Shown here piece by piece: positions 1-15,343 of a stretch of DNA of 64,000 nt. Source of the stretch: the human T2T-CHM13v2.0 reference genome, Homo sapiens; assembly GCF_009914755.1 (NCBI RefSeq), contig NC_060936.1; one strand, 5' to 3'. Numbering within the stretch: position 1 is the first letter of the stretch; the number at the start of each line of letters is the position of its first letter. Both the position numbers and the translations under genes were made by a program. The notes beneath the pieces were generated by a model. That model was not told the origin of the DNA. It saw nothing but the letters and a program-made list of their open reading frames with translations, and made no database searches.

Positions 1-754
1 GTCACTTTCACTGTTTTGGCTGATTCTGATGGCAAATGAGGTTAACTGGTGCTCAGAACATCTTCTGGGAAAGTGAAACAGCAAGCAATTGCTTATTTTT
101 TTTATGAGTTTTTCCATTTCTCATTGAAAGGAAGAATTCTTGTATGGGAGTTCTTAACCAGTAAATGTGGGTAGATCTGGAAGCCTGATTTGATGGTGCT
201 CACGTCAGTGGCCTGGGGTTGTTAAGTTCCCCGAGGAGGAATGGAATAATCTACTGGGAACTCCCCACCCCCATCTCTTGACCTTAAAGCTTTAGGGAAA
301 ATGAAAAGCAGCTTCTCTTTGACAAAAAAGGTTGGGAAGCCTTGCTGTGATGTATTACTGTTTCTTTAAAGCTTCCATGGAAATGAAAGATGTTCTCAAG
401 CAAAGGTAGGTCAAATCTATTAAGAGAGTGGGTGAGGTGTTTCCCTCCTGAAAACTGGAGAATAACAGAAAAGAACTTTTTCTGACAAACCAACAGTATC
501 CTTTTGTTTGTTGGAGTTTGTTTGTTTCACATTTATTTACTGAATGTTAGGGAGAAATACTTTAATTTGGGTATGAGAATAGCTAATTACTAGATGAAAA
601 GAAGAAAGGATTTCTAAGATGGAGCCCCCCGCTCCCCCCACTGCCCCCATAGCTTACACATTGTGTAAACCTGCCTTTGATCCCATCCCCCTTTCTTCAG
701 CAATTCCTTTTCCATACTCTCAGCTCCTAGAGAGTCATCAGAAAGCTGAGCTCC

Positions 755-1096
<342 letters not shown>

Positions 1097-1849
1097 TTAA
1101 AAGGCATTTTATTTTTCTCTCCTGCTTCAAAATGGACCCTCTTACTAGAATTAGTTCCATCTTTGGGGGAGATGGGGAAAGAGAAGACCCGAGCAGATCT
1201 TTCTTCAAATTCTAATCACATTTTTGAATTAATATGATACCTGCCATCTGTTTATTTCCTGGAAGCTGGGAAGATTCATTTGATATCCAAAAAGCCCTTT
1301 AGAAAGCCTAAAAAAACACATGTAAAGACCGTGTAGTGATTTCCTATATCCAAGATTTCTGGTTTTTTTTTGTTTTTGTTTTTGTTTTTTATGTTCCCTG
1401 GACACTGGCAATGTTTTGGTCATATAGAGAAGGGAAAAATATTAAACCATTTTTATCTTAGCTGACCTTTACAGAGACAAGAAGTGATTTTGTTTGAATT
1501 CTCCGTTTTAGTTTGGGACACTAACAGCTGGGCAGGGATTTTGCTGAACACTTTGTGAGGTTTACACTCAACTTCCTTCTTCAGATTGCTATTTTATATT
1601 AAACCAATAGAGCACTGTTATTGAGACACCAGACTGCTACAACTTCAAGAAGATCCTAAACCAAGTAACTTTTTCTGGACCACTCGAGTCTCCATGAACG
1701 TAAAAGTCTAATATACTTGAAAAATCCATTGCAGCTCAGGAGACATTATAGTGGGATGATCTACAATCAGACTCTCTGGATTTGAAGAATCTTCCTACCA
1801 CTTATCAATGCTGTAAGTTTGAGAGACAATAGAGGTTAAGAATACAGTC

Positions 1850-2239
<390 letters not shown>

Positions 2240-2370
2240 TAATCCCAGCATTTTGAAGGGCCGAAGCAGAAGGATATTTTGGGCTCAGAAGTTCAAGACC
2301 AGCTTAGGGAATACAATGAGACTCCGTCGCTACAAAAAAAATAAAATAAAATAAATAAAATAAAGTAAAA
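2240..2370 (+). mobile_element. 5'-truncated FLAM/Alu left monomer with (AAAAT)n tail
   Basis: taatcccagca...gttcaagaccagc...actccgtcgctacaaaa followed by A-rich repeats. Confidence 0.75.
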
Positions 2371-2603
2371 TAGTACAGGCTTTGGAGCTAGACTGCTTGG
2401 AATCCTGATTTCATGATTTACTTGGTGGATGATCTTAGGGAAATTCTTCAAACATCTGGGCCACAGTTTCATGATCTGTGGCATGAATATCATAATGGCA
2501 ATCTATCTCTACATGCTGAGGAGACTAATACAATAAGTTGATACATGTCAGATGCTTTGAACAACACCTAGCACAGAGTAAGTGCTCAATAAATGTTCGT
2601 TAT
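2371..2603 (+). mobile_element. MIR SINE
   Basis: MIR core and 3' end (cctagcacagagtaagtgctcaataaatgtt). Confidence 0.7.
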
Positions 2604-3886
2604 AGTGATGCTATTATTCTTTCCCAAATTTTTGCACTTCTGCCAAAGCAATGGCAAAATCAATAAATAAAGGGAACTAACCAAAAAAACTCTGGGGAAA
2701 GTGCTGAATTTGGCAAAACTGGGAATCAGGCAGCTCATATTCTTTGGCATCCACTTTCCATTTTGCTGTCTCCTGTGAGTGTCCAAGCTCGTCCTGTAAC
2801 ACTGCACCCAAGCTCAAAATTATTTTCTGTGCTCCCCTTCACACCTACCCTCATCAATCAACTTTCACCTACGCCGGTGCTGTTCCCTGAGGACTTTTGC
2901 TCTGAACCAGATGAGAAAAAATATCAATCAAATTTGTTTTAAGGTATTAATGAATACTGACAATGTTATGCTTTTGAGATAGTACACGTGCATTTAAAAA
3001 ATAAAGATTACCTTATTACCATGAGAAGCTACCAAACCTGAATAGGTAACATGCAGGGTGAGTAGGTATGATATTTTGGGGCAGGTCGAACATTTGATTC
3101 TCCGTGAATCACAGATAAGCTGCTATTTAGACAACCCATAGAGCTTGTCCTAGAGTTAACTGTTTAATACATAGGGTTATAGACAGACCTTGGGGCTAAA
3201 GTGGAATGCGCTGTGCTTAAACACAATGTTATTAGGTTGACAGGCATGGCATCAAAGCCCTAGTGCTACTGGTGCCACAGTTCCCAGGGCCACTGTCAAC
3301 AAGTCATGACAAATTGGACAAGCCAAATCTTTCAGTCACATCTGATTTTCCTGAAGACACAGGTACACCTGCCAAAGATGTTCCAGGCAAGAAAGCCAAG
3401 ACTGCAGGATAGAGCTAGCAAATAGAAAAAAATGGCAAAGGCCTAGCACCAACCTTCATCAATTAGTATAGCTCTGGGATAGGTAGCTTTCTGAATTAGA
3501 AAAAAAGGCCAAGGGTAAGGGGATTTGAGTTCTAATCTAACTTTACTATAGTCTTTAAGAAACTCATTGCACTTTATTTTTGAGGGCCCTAGTTGTAAAA
3601 CTAGGGAAGAGATGACTGAGAGGACTATCTCCTCATCCTCCTCCAGTCAAGGGTTCCAATGGGATTCTGTGGAACCTTTAAAGCCCCACAGAACAATTTA
3701 AAGGCCACTACAATGGAAGGCAATGGAGTTTCTTAACCAATGGAAGCTATGGGGAAATTAAGAGGCTGAGTTTAATCTAAGGGAGGGGAAAGTCATATGG
3801 AATAAAGTGGAGAGTAAGAAGATTGGACACAAGATCACCAGCTAGAGGTTTTCATAGCAAAAACATAGTCATATAAGATAGGGTAG

Positions 3887-4060
3887 GCAAGTGACCCTCA
3901 GCACTGGCTGCACCCTCAGGAGATTTTTTTCTTTTTTTACATCGATGTCCAGGCTTTATCCCAGAGCAGTTATATGAAACTGTCTGGGTCTAGGGTCTAA
4001 GCTTCAGTACAAAAAGCTCTTCATGTGATCCTAATGGTGATCCAGTGGTAAAAACCATCA
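3887..4060. mobile_element. MER5-like hAT-Charlie fossil
   Basis: Degenerate similarity to MER5A (…ctcttcatgtgatcctaatg…aaccatca). Confidence 0.4.
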
Positions 4061-5934
4061 GTGCAGTTTTTGTTTTTGTTTTAGTAATTAAAAGAAAAAA
4101 CTGTATGTAAAAGACTTCCCCTGAGAAAATTGCCAGCTAATTAGATAGGAGAGAGAAAGGTCAAGAAAGACTCTACAACAAACTAAGGAGGGAGATTGCC
4201 TAAGAGAATGGAAAAGTCATGACAGAAATCTTGGAAATGGTGGACAGCAAATGGTTTTAAGGAGGAAAATGGGTTTGAATTGAATTGGATAGCAGGATAT
4301 CTGAATGATTCTATCACTTTACAAAGTAATGGTCAGCACCATTACAAGTACAATTACATGATATTACAATTACTTAATTGACCATTACAATTCAAGGGTC
4401 AATATAACCCTTGAGTTGACTATTCATTAGCTTTGTTCAAAAGCCCAGCTGAAACAAAACACTAGTGAAAAAAGATGAACTAAGAGGACACCATATATTC
4501 CACATTTGTTTTGTTGGCTTGTTTAATTTCTACTGGAGGTTATAAATTATTTGTATGTTTATGAAAGCTATGTACCTAATTCTCAGAAAAATACCACTAC
4601 AAACACACATATAAAGTTTTGTACGGAGCCCACGCTAAGAATCTCTTCTTTTTAGAGGAATAAAAGGGGGTACCAAGCCAAACAAAGTTTTTATTGTTAT
4701 CATTATTATTATTAGTTATTGTTATTTTAAGATGGGGAATTACAGACAGAAGGGAAATATAGGTAGGGAAGGTTAGTTAGAACAGGCGTGTATTATACAA
4801 ACAGCTTTTTTTCTAACAATGAAGTCACTGCTGAGTCTCAAGATGAGGCATTATCTTTCCTAAATGCTTTGGAGCATTTCATGTGTTCTCCTCGTTCTTT
4901 ATTCTTTGATTAAAATGTTAATGTATTATGTGTACCTGCCCTCACAGCATCCTGGCAACCACAGGAAAACATGCCAGCTCAAAACAACTATCTGCATTTT
5001 TAATAACGCCTAGTATTCTCTACAAATAGGATTTCAGAGTCCAAAACTTTTGATTTAGAAAATGAAACAGCTCTTGTTAATTCTAATAGAAAAAGGCAGC
5101 TTGATTTCCAATGCTCTGTTTTAATTTGGGTTTTACCAGCCGGTGATTTTATTGAAAGTGAAATCCGTATTCCTGTGTAGCTTAAGCATCTCAACTCTAA
5201 AATGGGAAAAATCACAGTTTCAGTAACAGAATTGAGAATGAGGTCCTGGCATCTTTCTTAAAAGGAATTTGGATAAGACTTCTCGATAAATGCTCACAAA
5301 TTACTCACACCGTATGTCTAAATATACACAAACAGGTTTAGAAAACCTGGTTGGAGTCAACGAAATAATTAGGGATGTGGAAAATAAGTGGGGCTTCTTT
5401 ATGAGGTTCTTATCCACATGGGCCACGTTTGCTCCAAGGCAGTGAAGAAGGGAGTAGGGGTGGTGTCAAGGTCATGACCAAGATGGAATTCATGTGCCCA
5501 AGTTCTTTCTATCTCCATGAAGAAGTTTTGCAACTAGAGATGAGGAAAATGGACTCAGACTGAATCTATAAAAGAGATTTTCATCAGACTATGGGAGGAT
5601 AAAGATGGGACAGCAGAATCCCTGCAGCTTACTTGGAGTTTGGGCTCAGTTCTGGCTTACTTAGGGTTTGGCCAAACTTTAGTAGTCTATCAAACCTGCA
5701 GCTTACCCAGGTCACAATTGAGGTGAGCCCCAAAACTTCACAAGGAGCATTTTGAATCCATCAGTTGAATTAAACAAACAAACAAACAAACAAACCTGAA
5801 AGGTATCCCCCTATGGGCTTTGCCCTAAAGAAAATAATGGTTTGTAAGACTAGAGGTGGCATTGACTCATAATCCACCTGAGTTAACTCCCCTCACATTG
5901 ACAGAAGAGGACTTCTTCATATAAAAATACTCTC

Positions 5935-6280
<346 letters not shown>

Positions 6281-6829
6281 TTAATCTATACCAGGACACA
6301 AATTTATCAACAGCTGGAGCCTGGATTTGAACCCCGGCCAATTTTTGGTGACGATCTAAAGCTTACCCTGCCTGTAGTAGAGAGGAGACAATGTTAGCAT
6401 TTCTGTATTGAAGCTTTGAACCAGAGGATTGACATTAAGTTAGTCTGATACTGACCTCAACATTTCTTCAGACTGAAACTCCCAAATGAATAAAAAGACA
6501 ATGCCTATGTCATTGCTCCTGTTGTTTCTGTTAGCATAACATCTTTGATGCATGTTTGCACACTTCTAGACTGTTGTCCTCTCTGGGCCATCCCAGTGGC
6601 TGAATCAATGGCAGAAGTTATCAGAGGGAGTGGCCTTCAGATTGCTGGCCAATAGAGGGAAAGAGGAGACAAGGAGAAGTCACAGATAGCAACTGCCTCT
6701 GGCACATAGCAAAACAATTTATCTTGAAATCAATGTATCAACTAGCTGCATAAATTACATAAATTATGTTCTGGTTGTCCACATCATCTTCAAAACAATA
6801 ATCACAAAGATAATAATAATAATAAGAGC

Positions 6830-7000
6830 TAGGACTTAATCATCCAGCAGTGTCCTAAAAGTATTCATTCATTTAATCTTCATAACAACCCCATAAATAC
6901 TGCTATTATCCGCATGTGAGGAAACTGAGGCACAGAGAGGTTAAGTAACTTGTCCACGTTAGGCCACTAGAATGTGGCAGAGCTCAAATACTAAAGATGC
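6830..7000 (-). mobile_element. MIR SINE
   Basis: gaggaaactgaggcacagagaggttaagtaacttgtcc MIR core. Confidence 0.7.
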
Positions 7001-7028
7001 ATCCTGTTGACAACATCATGTAGGTACC

Positions 7029-7526
7029 TGTGGTCAGCAAGGTAATGGCCCCTCAAGGATGTCCATATCTAGAATCTGTGGATATATTATATTACACGCC
7101 AAAGGAGAAATGAAGTTGTAGATGGAATTAAGCATGATAATCAGCTGACCTAAAATAAGATTAATCTGGATTTTCTGGGTAGAATCACAAGGGTTCCTTA
7201 AATGTAGAAGAGGGAGGCAGAGGAGTCAATGTCAGAGTGGTATAATGTGAGAAAACCTTGATTGGCCATTGCTGGCTTTGAAGATGGGAAGAGGCCATGA
7301 GCCCAGCAATGCAGGCAGCCTCTAGATTCTAGAAAAGTCAAGAAAATAGATTCTCCCCTAAAGCCCACAGGAAGAATGCAGCCCTGACAACACGTTAGTT
7401 TTAGTCCAGTGAGACCCATTTTGGATTTCTGACCTCCAGAACCATAAATTTCACATAATAAATCTGTGTTGTTTTAAGCCACTAAGTCTGGACTAATTTA
7501 CATAGCAGCAATAAGAAACTGAGGCA
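7029..7526 (+). mobile_element. MaLR solo LTR (MLT1D-like)
   Basis: TG...CA ends, perfect 5-bp TSD GTACC (7024-7028 / 7527-7531), MLT1 3' signature aataaatctgtgttgttttaagccactaag. Confidence 0.85.
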
Positions 7527-8465
7527 GTACCTTATTCATAAGTTGCTTTGGATAACATAGAATTTTTTAAGTGAGAGCTAGAAGGCATCTTTAAAGTGGG
7601 TATAACTTAACTATTCTCACTTTAGAAGTGAACGGAAATGACTTTTCTGAAGGTTCCCCTCTCCTTGAAGCCTAAAATTACGTGATTCAAAACAAAGACC
7701 CCTATGAGTCTACTCATTTGAACGGGCATATAAATGACTTAGAAAAAATACAAGAGCATCTTGCTTATAATACTGCCTGTGTAGTAATGGATTACCTTGA
7801 GTCTAGGTTCAGCCTACACTCCTGGGAGCCTCTCAGAACTCCATCTTAGCCAGGTTCCTCCTAAGAAGGGGATGTAAGAAGGAGGCAAAATGAGGGGCCT
7901 TGGCATCACGTAGAAGTGGGCTTACATCCAGCCATGCCACTGACTGGCTCGACCTTGAAAAGCCACTTCACCTCCCTGAACCTTTTTTTTCTTTGATTCG
8001 TTGATTATAAAATCAAGTTTGATTTGCTTATAAAATCAATGGTATTCAACTCATGAATTCAAATCCAGGGTGTAGACAAAGTCTTCAATACACTTTAGTT
8101 CCCCTTCCTGTGCTTTCCTCCATTCTTCTTGAGTCACAGCCAAGGATGGTCATGCTTTTTTTCTGGTCAAGGAGTGAGAATTCTTTTTGTCTTGTGCAAA
8201 CTCAAGGCAGAAAGTATCTTTATTTCACAGGAGGCTGAAAATTCACAGTAATTGGGGAATAACATTTAAGATATTTCCTTTGTTCTTTTTTTCTGTTTTA
8301 CTTTCTCCTCTCTTTTACAACACAGGCACTGTTCCCTTGGCATTTGCAAATTTACTTTTTTACTTCTGCAGATGTAGGTGGATCGATTCAAGAAGAGAAA
8401 CGGTAGCACAAAAGAGAAGAATTTTCCCAGTGCAGAATTCATTTCGGAAAGGAGTGTTTTTCATA

Positions 8466-8700
8466 ATTAGCTCAACATTTGCATGTTTATGAAGTCCCAG
8501 ACACTGTTCTACATATTTCACGTGGGTTAATCCATTTAATCCTCACAACACCATAAAGTAAGTACTTACATTAGTAGACAAGAAAACTATGAGGCACAGA
8601 AAAGTTAAGCAAATTATCCGAGGTCACATAGCAAAGTGGCAGTATTAACATGTGAACCTAGGCAAATGTAGCTTCAGAACGCAGGCTCTCTACCACTTCA
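8466..8700 (-). mobile_element. MIR SINE
   Basis: tttaatcctcacaacacc...gaggcacagaaaagttaagcaa...aggtcacatagc. Confidence 0.65.
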
Positions 8701-8813
8701 ACAGCTTATTTACCTCCTTTTCCCAGGAGCTCATTCTATAAAAATTGAGCAAGATAGATGGGAAAAACATATTAGAAGAAAATGAATCATGAAGAGCATC
8801 TGAAATAGGTATG

Positions 8814-9183
8814 GGCTGGGCACGGTGGCTCACGCCTGTAATCCCAGCACTTTGGGAGGCCATGGTGAGCATATTGCTTGAGCTCAGGAGTTCAAGACAG
8901 CCTGGGCAACATAGTGAAACCCTGTCTCAACAAAAAATATTAATAAAAGAATTAGCTGGGTGTGGTGGGTTGGGAGGCTGAGGCGGGAGGATGGCTTGAG
9001 CCCAGGAGGTGGAGGTAGAAGTGAGCCAAGATGGCACCACTGCACTCCAGCCTGGGTGACAGAGTCAGACCCCGTCTCAAGAGAAAAAAAATAAAAGTTA
9101 AAGGAAAAAAACCAGTCTCCAACTGATTTGATAAGAGATCAAATGACCCCACTTCATTTTAAAAATTTAGAAAATAAAAAAGA
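8814..9183 (+). mobile_element. AluJ with extra 3' unique segment inside the TSD
   Basis: Alu body 8814-9078, A tail to 9111, unique 9112-9160, second A-rich tract to 9183; TSD gaaataggtatg at 8802-8813 and 9184-9195. Confidence 0.85.
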
Positions 9184-9558
9184 GAAATAGGTATGGAGCT
9201 TACACCATTGAAATCTGATGCTGTTTTCAAATATCCATAATAAAAACACTAATGTCTTAAATATGGGGAGGTAACTCAGTCTAACCAGCCTTGTTTTTCT
9301 AAGTAATGGCGTCAGAAAGCCAACTAAGAGTCCTGAGAAAGGGTTTGGGGTTTGCTATTCGTTCCCAGTGCTAAAATTCCTTGACCAAAAACAATCTCAA
9401 GATTTCCAAGGGTGGCCAAAATATCAAGCCTGCTTTCTCTGAGGGAGGAAATATTTCCATTTCACGGAGATGAAGTGGACATTTTCTCAGTTGAGTGTTT
9501 GATAGTGTTTCTTTACTGGAAATAACTACACGTCTTCTTTGAGAACCACACTTCTAGG

Positions 9559-9866
<308 letters not shown>

Positions 9867-11554
9867 TTAATCTAAAATAAGGCCACTAGTACTACTTCCT
9901 TCCTCCCCTTTCAATGCTAAAGGAGAAGAGATCAACTCATTTAGTTCTCTAACTTACCTAGAAGCTGAGCTAGGATTCGAATCCAGTTCCCTAACTCCTC
10001 TTCTGGTTCTCCTGCCACTCAGCCACATGGATTTCTTTCTCTTACACACAGGCTCTTTTTGGCCACGGTAAACACACTGACCTTTGAAATATGGAAAGAA
10101 AAGCGCTTTGAAATAAAACTGGCACAAACAGCAGTCAGACAGCCGTCATCTGGAGGCTGAAACAAAGAGGAGCATAGTTTTCAAGCTGTCTTCGTAATTA
10201 CACGAAGCAGTTATCACTCAGGCCCCAGTCTGCGCATTGCCCCCCAAACAAACAGCCGAGGGCTGAGAGAGCACATAGGCCACTTTGTTGCGCCAGCATA
10301 CTGGGGAGTGGAGAGCCCCCCAGCTAAAATCACATGTGGCTTGGAGTGTTTTCCAGGACTTCAGGCTTTTTCCTTTCTTCCTTCCCCATTAAACCCCTCT
10401 GCTCTTCTTGGCAAAGGCCTTCAGGTGAGGTAAGCGCCAATTAACAACAAAGAGCTTGATGTATTTCAAGTTTATGGCTTAGAGCTGTGTTCTCATGAAA
10501 TATATTCTCCTCTGGTCCAGAAGCCTTGATGGGCAGAGAGCAAGAATTCTGAGTGTGGTTGAAATTTGGTTCATTTTTGCTACTGCCCTAAAAGTGATTT
10601 CCCTTTTGGGGGTTTGCTCAAATAGAAAGCAACAAAAACAAACCCAGAAAAGGGCAAAACCAATTCTGAAAACTTCAGCTGCAAAGATAACTGGAGCAGA
10701 AGGCTCAGCAAATTGGGTTTTTTGGGGAAAAAAAAATGGCCTTAAATTTCTTATGGGTTCTTTGGAAATAAATATAGCCAGACTTTGGAATGAGTAGGAG
10801 GGATGAGAATATCCAATCCAAAGGATCTCTAAAGCCTTTTCCAGCTTCCAAATTTGGATTTGATTTTTCTATCCTGGGAATGGTTTTAATCATGTTACAA
10901 TCATTTGAGCGTTATCACGTCAATTTATAAAAAATATTTTTGTGAATTGTTTTTAGGCTACAGTGATATGAGATCTGACCAATAAAATGATCTCATTGGA
11001 CATCTCAGAGCCCTTAAAGAGCAAGAGGTTTGGCAATAGGAATATAAATAGGTTAAAATATATTCCAAAACAATTCCTCTAATCATTAATTGTACTCCAT
11101 TGTTTAATATTTTCAGAGCCTACTGAATTTAGCAAAGGGAATGACAGATGCATATTAAAATGCATGCAAATGCTACACACAAGCCACATTTTAATATATT
11201 GTTTTGCATTCATAATTTTAGTCTTGTGATTTGTATTTTCATTTGCTTGGGAACAAAGACTTTCTTTTTTCCGCACTTGGGAAACAAGGCAAGACTTGTT
11301 TCTGCCAGCATCTTAATAGTATTCCTGAAAAAGCAGCAAACTTAATGGTTCAGGAACTACTCTCCACCACCTGCTTACTGGCCTCTAACAGGGGCTGCAT
11401 TTACAATGCATTGAAAAGGTGAAAATACGCAATCAATCAGTTGCTTTGTTGCAGAATGGTGAGCAATCATATTTTTGTTGTATTAAAACTGAACAGAATC
11501 ATTTTTTTAAAAAAATGTAAACTGCTTAAACGTACAGCCTCTTTTCAGCTACAG

Positions 11555-11900
11555 GGAGTGGCAGAGTGACTTGTGCATTCACCAAATTTCATTCCTTTTT
11601 AATCTGGGGACACATACAGACCGTATTGCTCAGCTTCCTTTTCAATTAGGTGATTTCTGGCAATGGAATGTGGGGCAAAATAATGCTTACAATCTCCATT
11701 CAAGTCTAGCCCCTTGAATCTATGGTGCATTTCCCTATACTTGTGCTTTTCCCGTGCTCCTGACCTTCTGGCAAGATACAGAGGATCAGGTGGAGAGCAT
11801 CAAGGGCACTAGAGGAGCCTCTTGATGATGGGAGGCTGGGTTTTCAAATAAAAAGCATGGAACAGAATCTCTGACCCATCTGTCTCCTTTGACCAATGAC
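11555..11900 (+). mobile_element. Old MaLR LTR fragment (MLT1J-like)
   Basis: Degenerate ttctggcaatggaatgtggg...MLT1 motifs. Confidence 0.35.
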
Positions 11901-11929
11901 TCACAAAAAACTATGACTCTCAATCACTG

Positions 11930-12461
11930 TGTGGTAGTTAGTCTCTAATGGTCCCTATCTGCTGTATTCATACCCTTGTGTGTCCACCTCCTACATGCTA
12001 CCAGGATCTGTGTGACCAATGACATATGGTAGAAATGATGGGATGTTATTTCCAAGATTGAGCTATAAAAGACTGCAGTTTCCATCTTGGGTGCTTTCTC
12101 ATTCGTTCTCTCTCTTGGATTACTCTCTCTGGGGGAAGCCAGCTGTCATGTTTTGAGGTCACTCTAACAGCCTGTGGAGATGCTCACATGGTGAGGAATA
12201 GGGACCTGCCTCCAACAGCCAGCAAGAAATTGAGGCTTGCCAATAATCAGGTGAGGAAGCTCGGAAAAAAATTCTCCAGCCTAGTTGATCCTGTAGCTCC
12301 AGTAAATAGTTTGAGTACCACTTTGTGAGAAACATTGAGCTAGAATTACCTAGTTAAACTGCTCCTGGATTCTTGACCCCCAGAAACTGTGTGAGATAAA
12401 TGTTTGTTGTTTTAAGTAGCTAAGTTTTAGGGTAATTTGTTACACAGCAATAAATAGTACA
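11930..12461 (+). mobile_element. MaLR solo LTR (MLT1F-like)
   Basis: MLT1 3' signature cagaaactgtgtgagataaatgtttgttgttttaag...ttgttacacagcaata. Confidence 0.75.
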
Positions 12462-13488
12462 TAACTATGAACAGGACTGTAAGGTTCAAAGGGTGAAGAC
12501 TTTGGTTTATTCTTGAAATTTCACCGCCTAATGAAGTGCCTGGATGAGAGCAGGCTTGAATAAACAATGAATGTGGTTTTCAGTAAGATTAATAGTGTGG
12601 TTCTTTACATATGATGTGCAAAGTCAACATGTTAGAGCAGCTACCACTTTAAGGCTAGACAGTGAGGTTACTACATATCTCATCCTGGAAGATGGAATCA
12701 ACTGCACCTAGATTCAGAAAAATCTAGAATCACATTTCTATCAAATGCATAGATAACAGTTTCCAAAACGTTTGTATAAAGAAGAGAAAAACTCAGCTAT
12801 CTAGTTCTGTTTGTGTGTTCAGATTATCACGCTTATGCTTGTACAGACTAGGTTCTCTTCTAATAGCTACACATGTTAATTTATTTAATCCTTACAACAA
12901 TCCAGTAAAGAGCATGTTGTTATTCTTCTGATTTTAATGATGAGGAAACAATATGCTCTGGACTTGCATATTCCTAGGATCTTGAAGTTACCCATTATAC
13001 TCCATTGCCCTCTCATTTTAACTCATCAAAGAGAACAGAGCTGAAAAGTACAGGAAAGGGTCACTGAATGGATGAAGTGGATGAAGAGATAGCCCTGTAA
13101 GAACAGAAAAGAATAATTAAAACTTTTAGATTTGACAAACCCAGGAAGCACTATGATCAAAATTTATGAAATCCTGAAGGAAATGCATTTATTTACCCAA
13201 ACTGATACACATCACAGGAATGGGGCCCGCCTTGATGTTTATTAGAGATCATTTAGGAGAACCTGAATGCATGCTGCTTCCAAATGATGGGATATACGTT
13301 CTGCCTTCATTCCAGCTGCTTAGAGACAAGACCCACCATCCCAGAGACTGCAGTGAAGAGGAAAAGAATATCCCAAACCACAGGCAACCACCTCCTTGTG
13401 GCGCAGCCAAGAGCGGTGTGCTTGGCCTCCCTGCTAATTAGCAAAAACCCTCACCAATTCCTTCCAATGCTTGAAAATCAATGCTAGC

Positions 13489-13490
<2 letters not shown>

Positions 13491-13529
<39 letters not shown>
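13491..13529 (+). repeat. Pure A39 homopolymer not attached to a recognisable SINE/LINE
   Basis: 39 consecutive A residues; no Alu or L1 3' end directly upstream. Confidence 0.95.
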
Positions 13530-13532
<3 letters not shown>

Positions 13533-14688
13533 GAACTGGGCCAAAGAAGCACTGGGAATGAGTAGACATCTCTGTGTCTGCCTCTCCTGATAGTCCCGTT
13601 TTTGCTTGTTTTTCATGGGAACATGTGTATATGGTGACAACTCAGGGTATGTAGTTGCCGCAGGCAGCTTCCTCCGTTTTCTTAGCTCTGTGTTGTGGGA
13701 AGGAATGAAAGTTGCTGTTTACAAGGAACACTGCCAATGGGCTAATGGGAATTTTTCATGACTTATGGATGTTTGCAGAACTGAAGGCTTTTGAAATCTG
13801 ATTTCAAAGCTGACCTAAAGTCTTGGTGACACAGATAATGACCTGTGGAAAGAGGTAATCATGAACACAGAAAATCCTCACTTACTCCGTCTTTTAGGAA
13901 TTTTGGTTGACGAAATATGCTCCTCTTAATTTTAGGTAGTAAGACAGATTGTCAATCTATAACAGTTGGTGTTAGGCAGAGTTTTAAATTTATCTTTCAC
14001 TTCATGGGGCAATGAGTTTGCCAAAGAAATGAATGATGCCTTAAACTTTTGCTGGGAGAATATTACAGTTGGGTAGAATAATATGCTACAAAATGTGGAA
14101 AGACTGTTTACATAGGAAGAAATTGATATGTCAATTACAAGTTACTCTCAATAATTTATTTAAGCAGGCCCTGAAGGGTCTAATTCTCACAGGGACCAAG
14201 TTTGAATTCTTACACTTGAAAAGAAAAATGAATGCTTTATAATGTTCCCCAATTCCAAATGTTCACATATTATGCTGGTAATTGTTTTCTCCAAATCATT
14301 CTGAATTGATGAAGTCTTGCTAAAGACTTAAAGAGCCTGCATTTATATATCTTTGTAGTCCTTTCCAGCTGTGGCTCACAAAACCAATTACTTGGCATTA
14401 ATTCATCATATATAGGCTTTTCCATTAAAAAAAGGATATATATTTTTTCAAAACAGCCAGTGACTGTCATTGTATAAACAAATTCAAAGTCCACTAACAA
14501 ATGAATCACTAATGTGCAAAAGGCCTTGTTCAGGGCCATCCCCAGAATGAAGGGGCAGCTTTAATGGATTCCGGATATTCTCCTACACTTGACCCAGTAT
14601 GTCACATGTGTTTGATTACCATCCTTTCCTTTAATTAGTTCTCTCATGCCCACACTAGGGATTGCAGAAGCTGGATTTAAAAATTGCC

Positions 14689-15343
<655 letters not shown>

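Noticed and set aside
4392-4414. Short hairpin tcaagggt…acccttga and nearby attaca repeats
   Set aside because: An 8-bp stem is expected by chance in 64 kb of AT-rich DNA; no ncRNA features.
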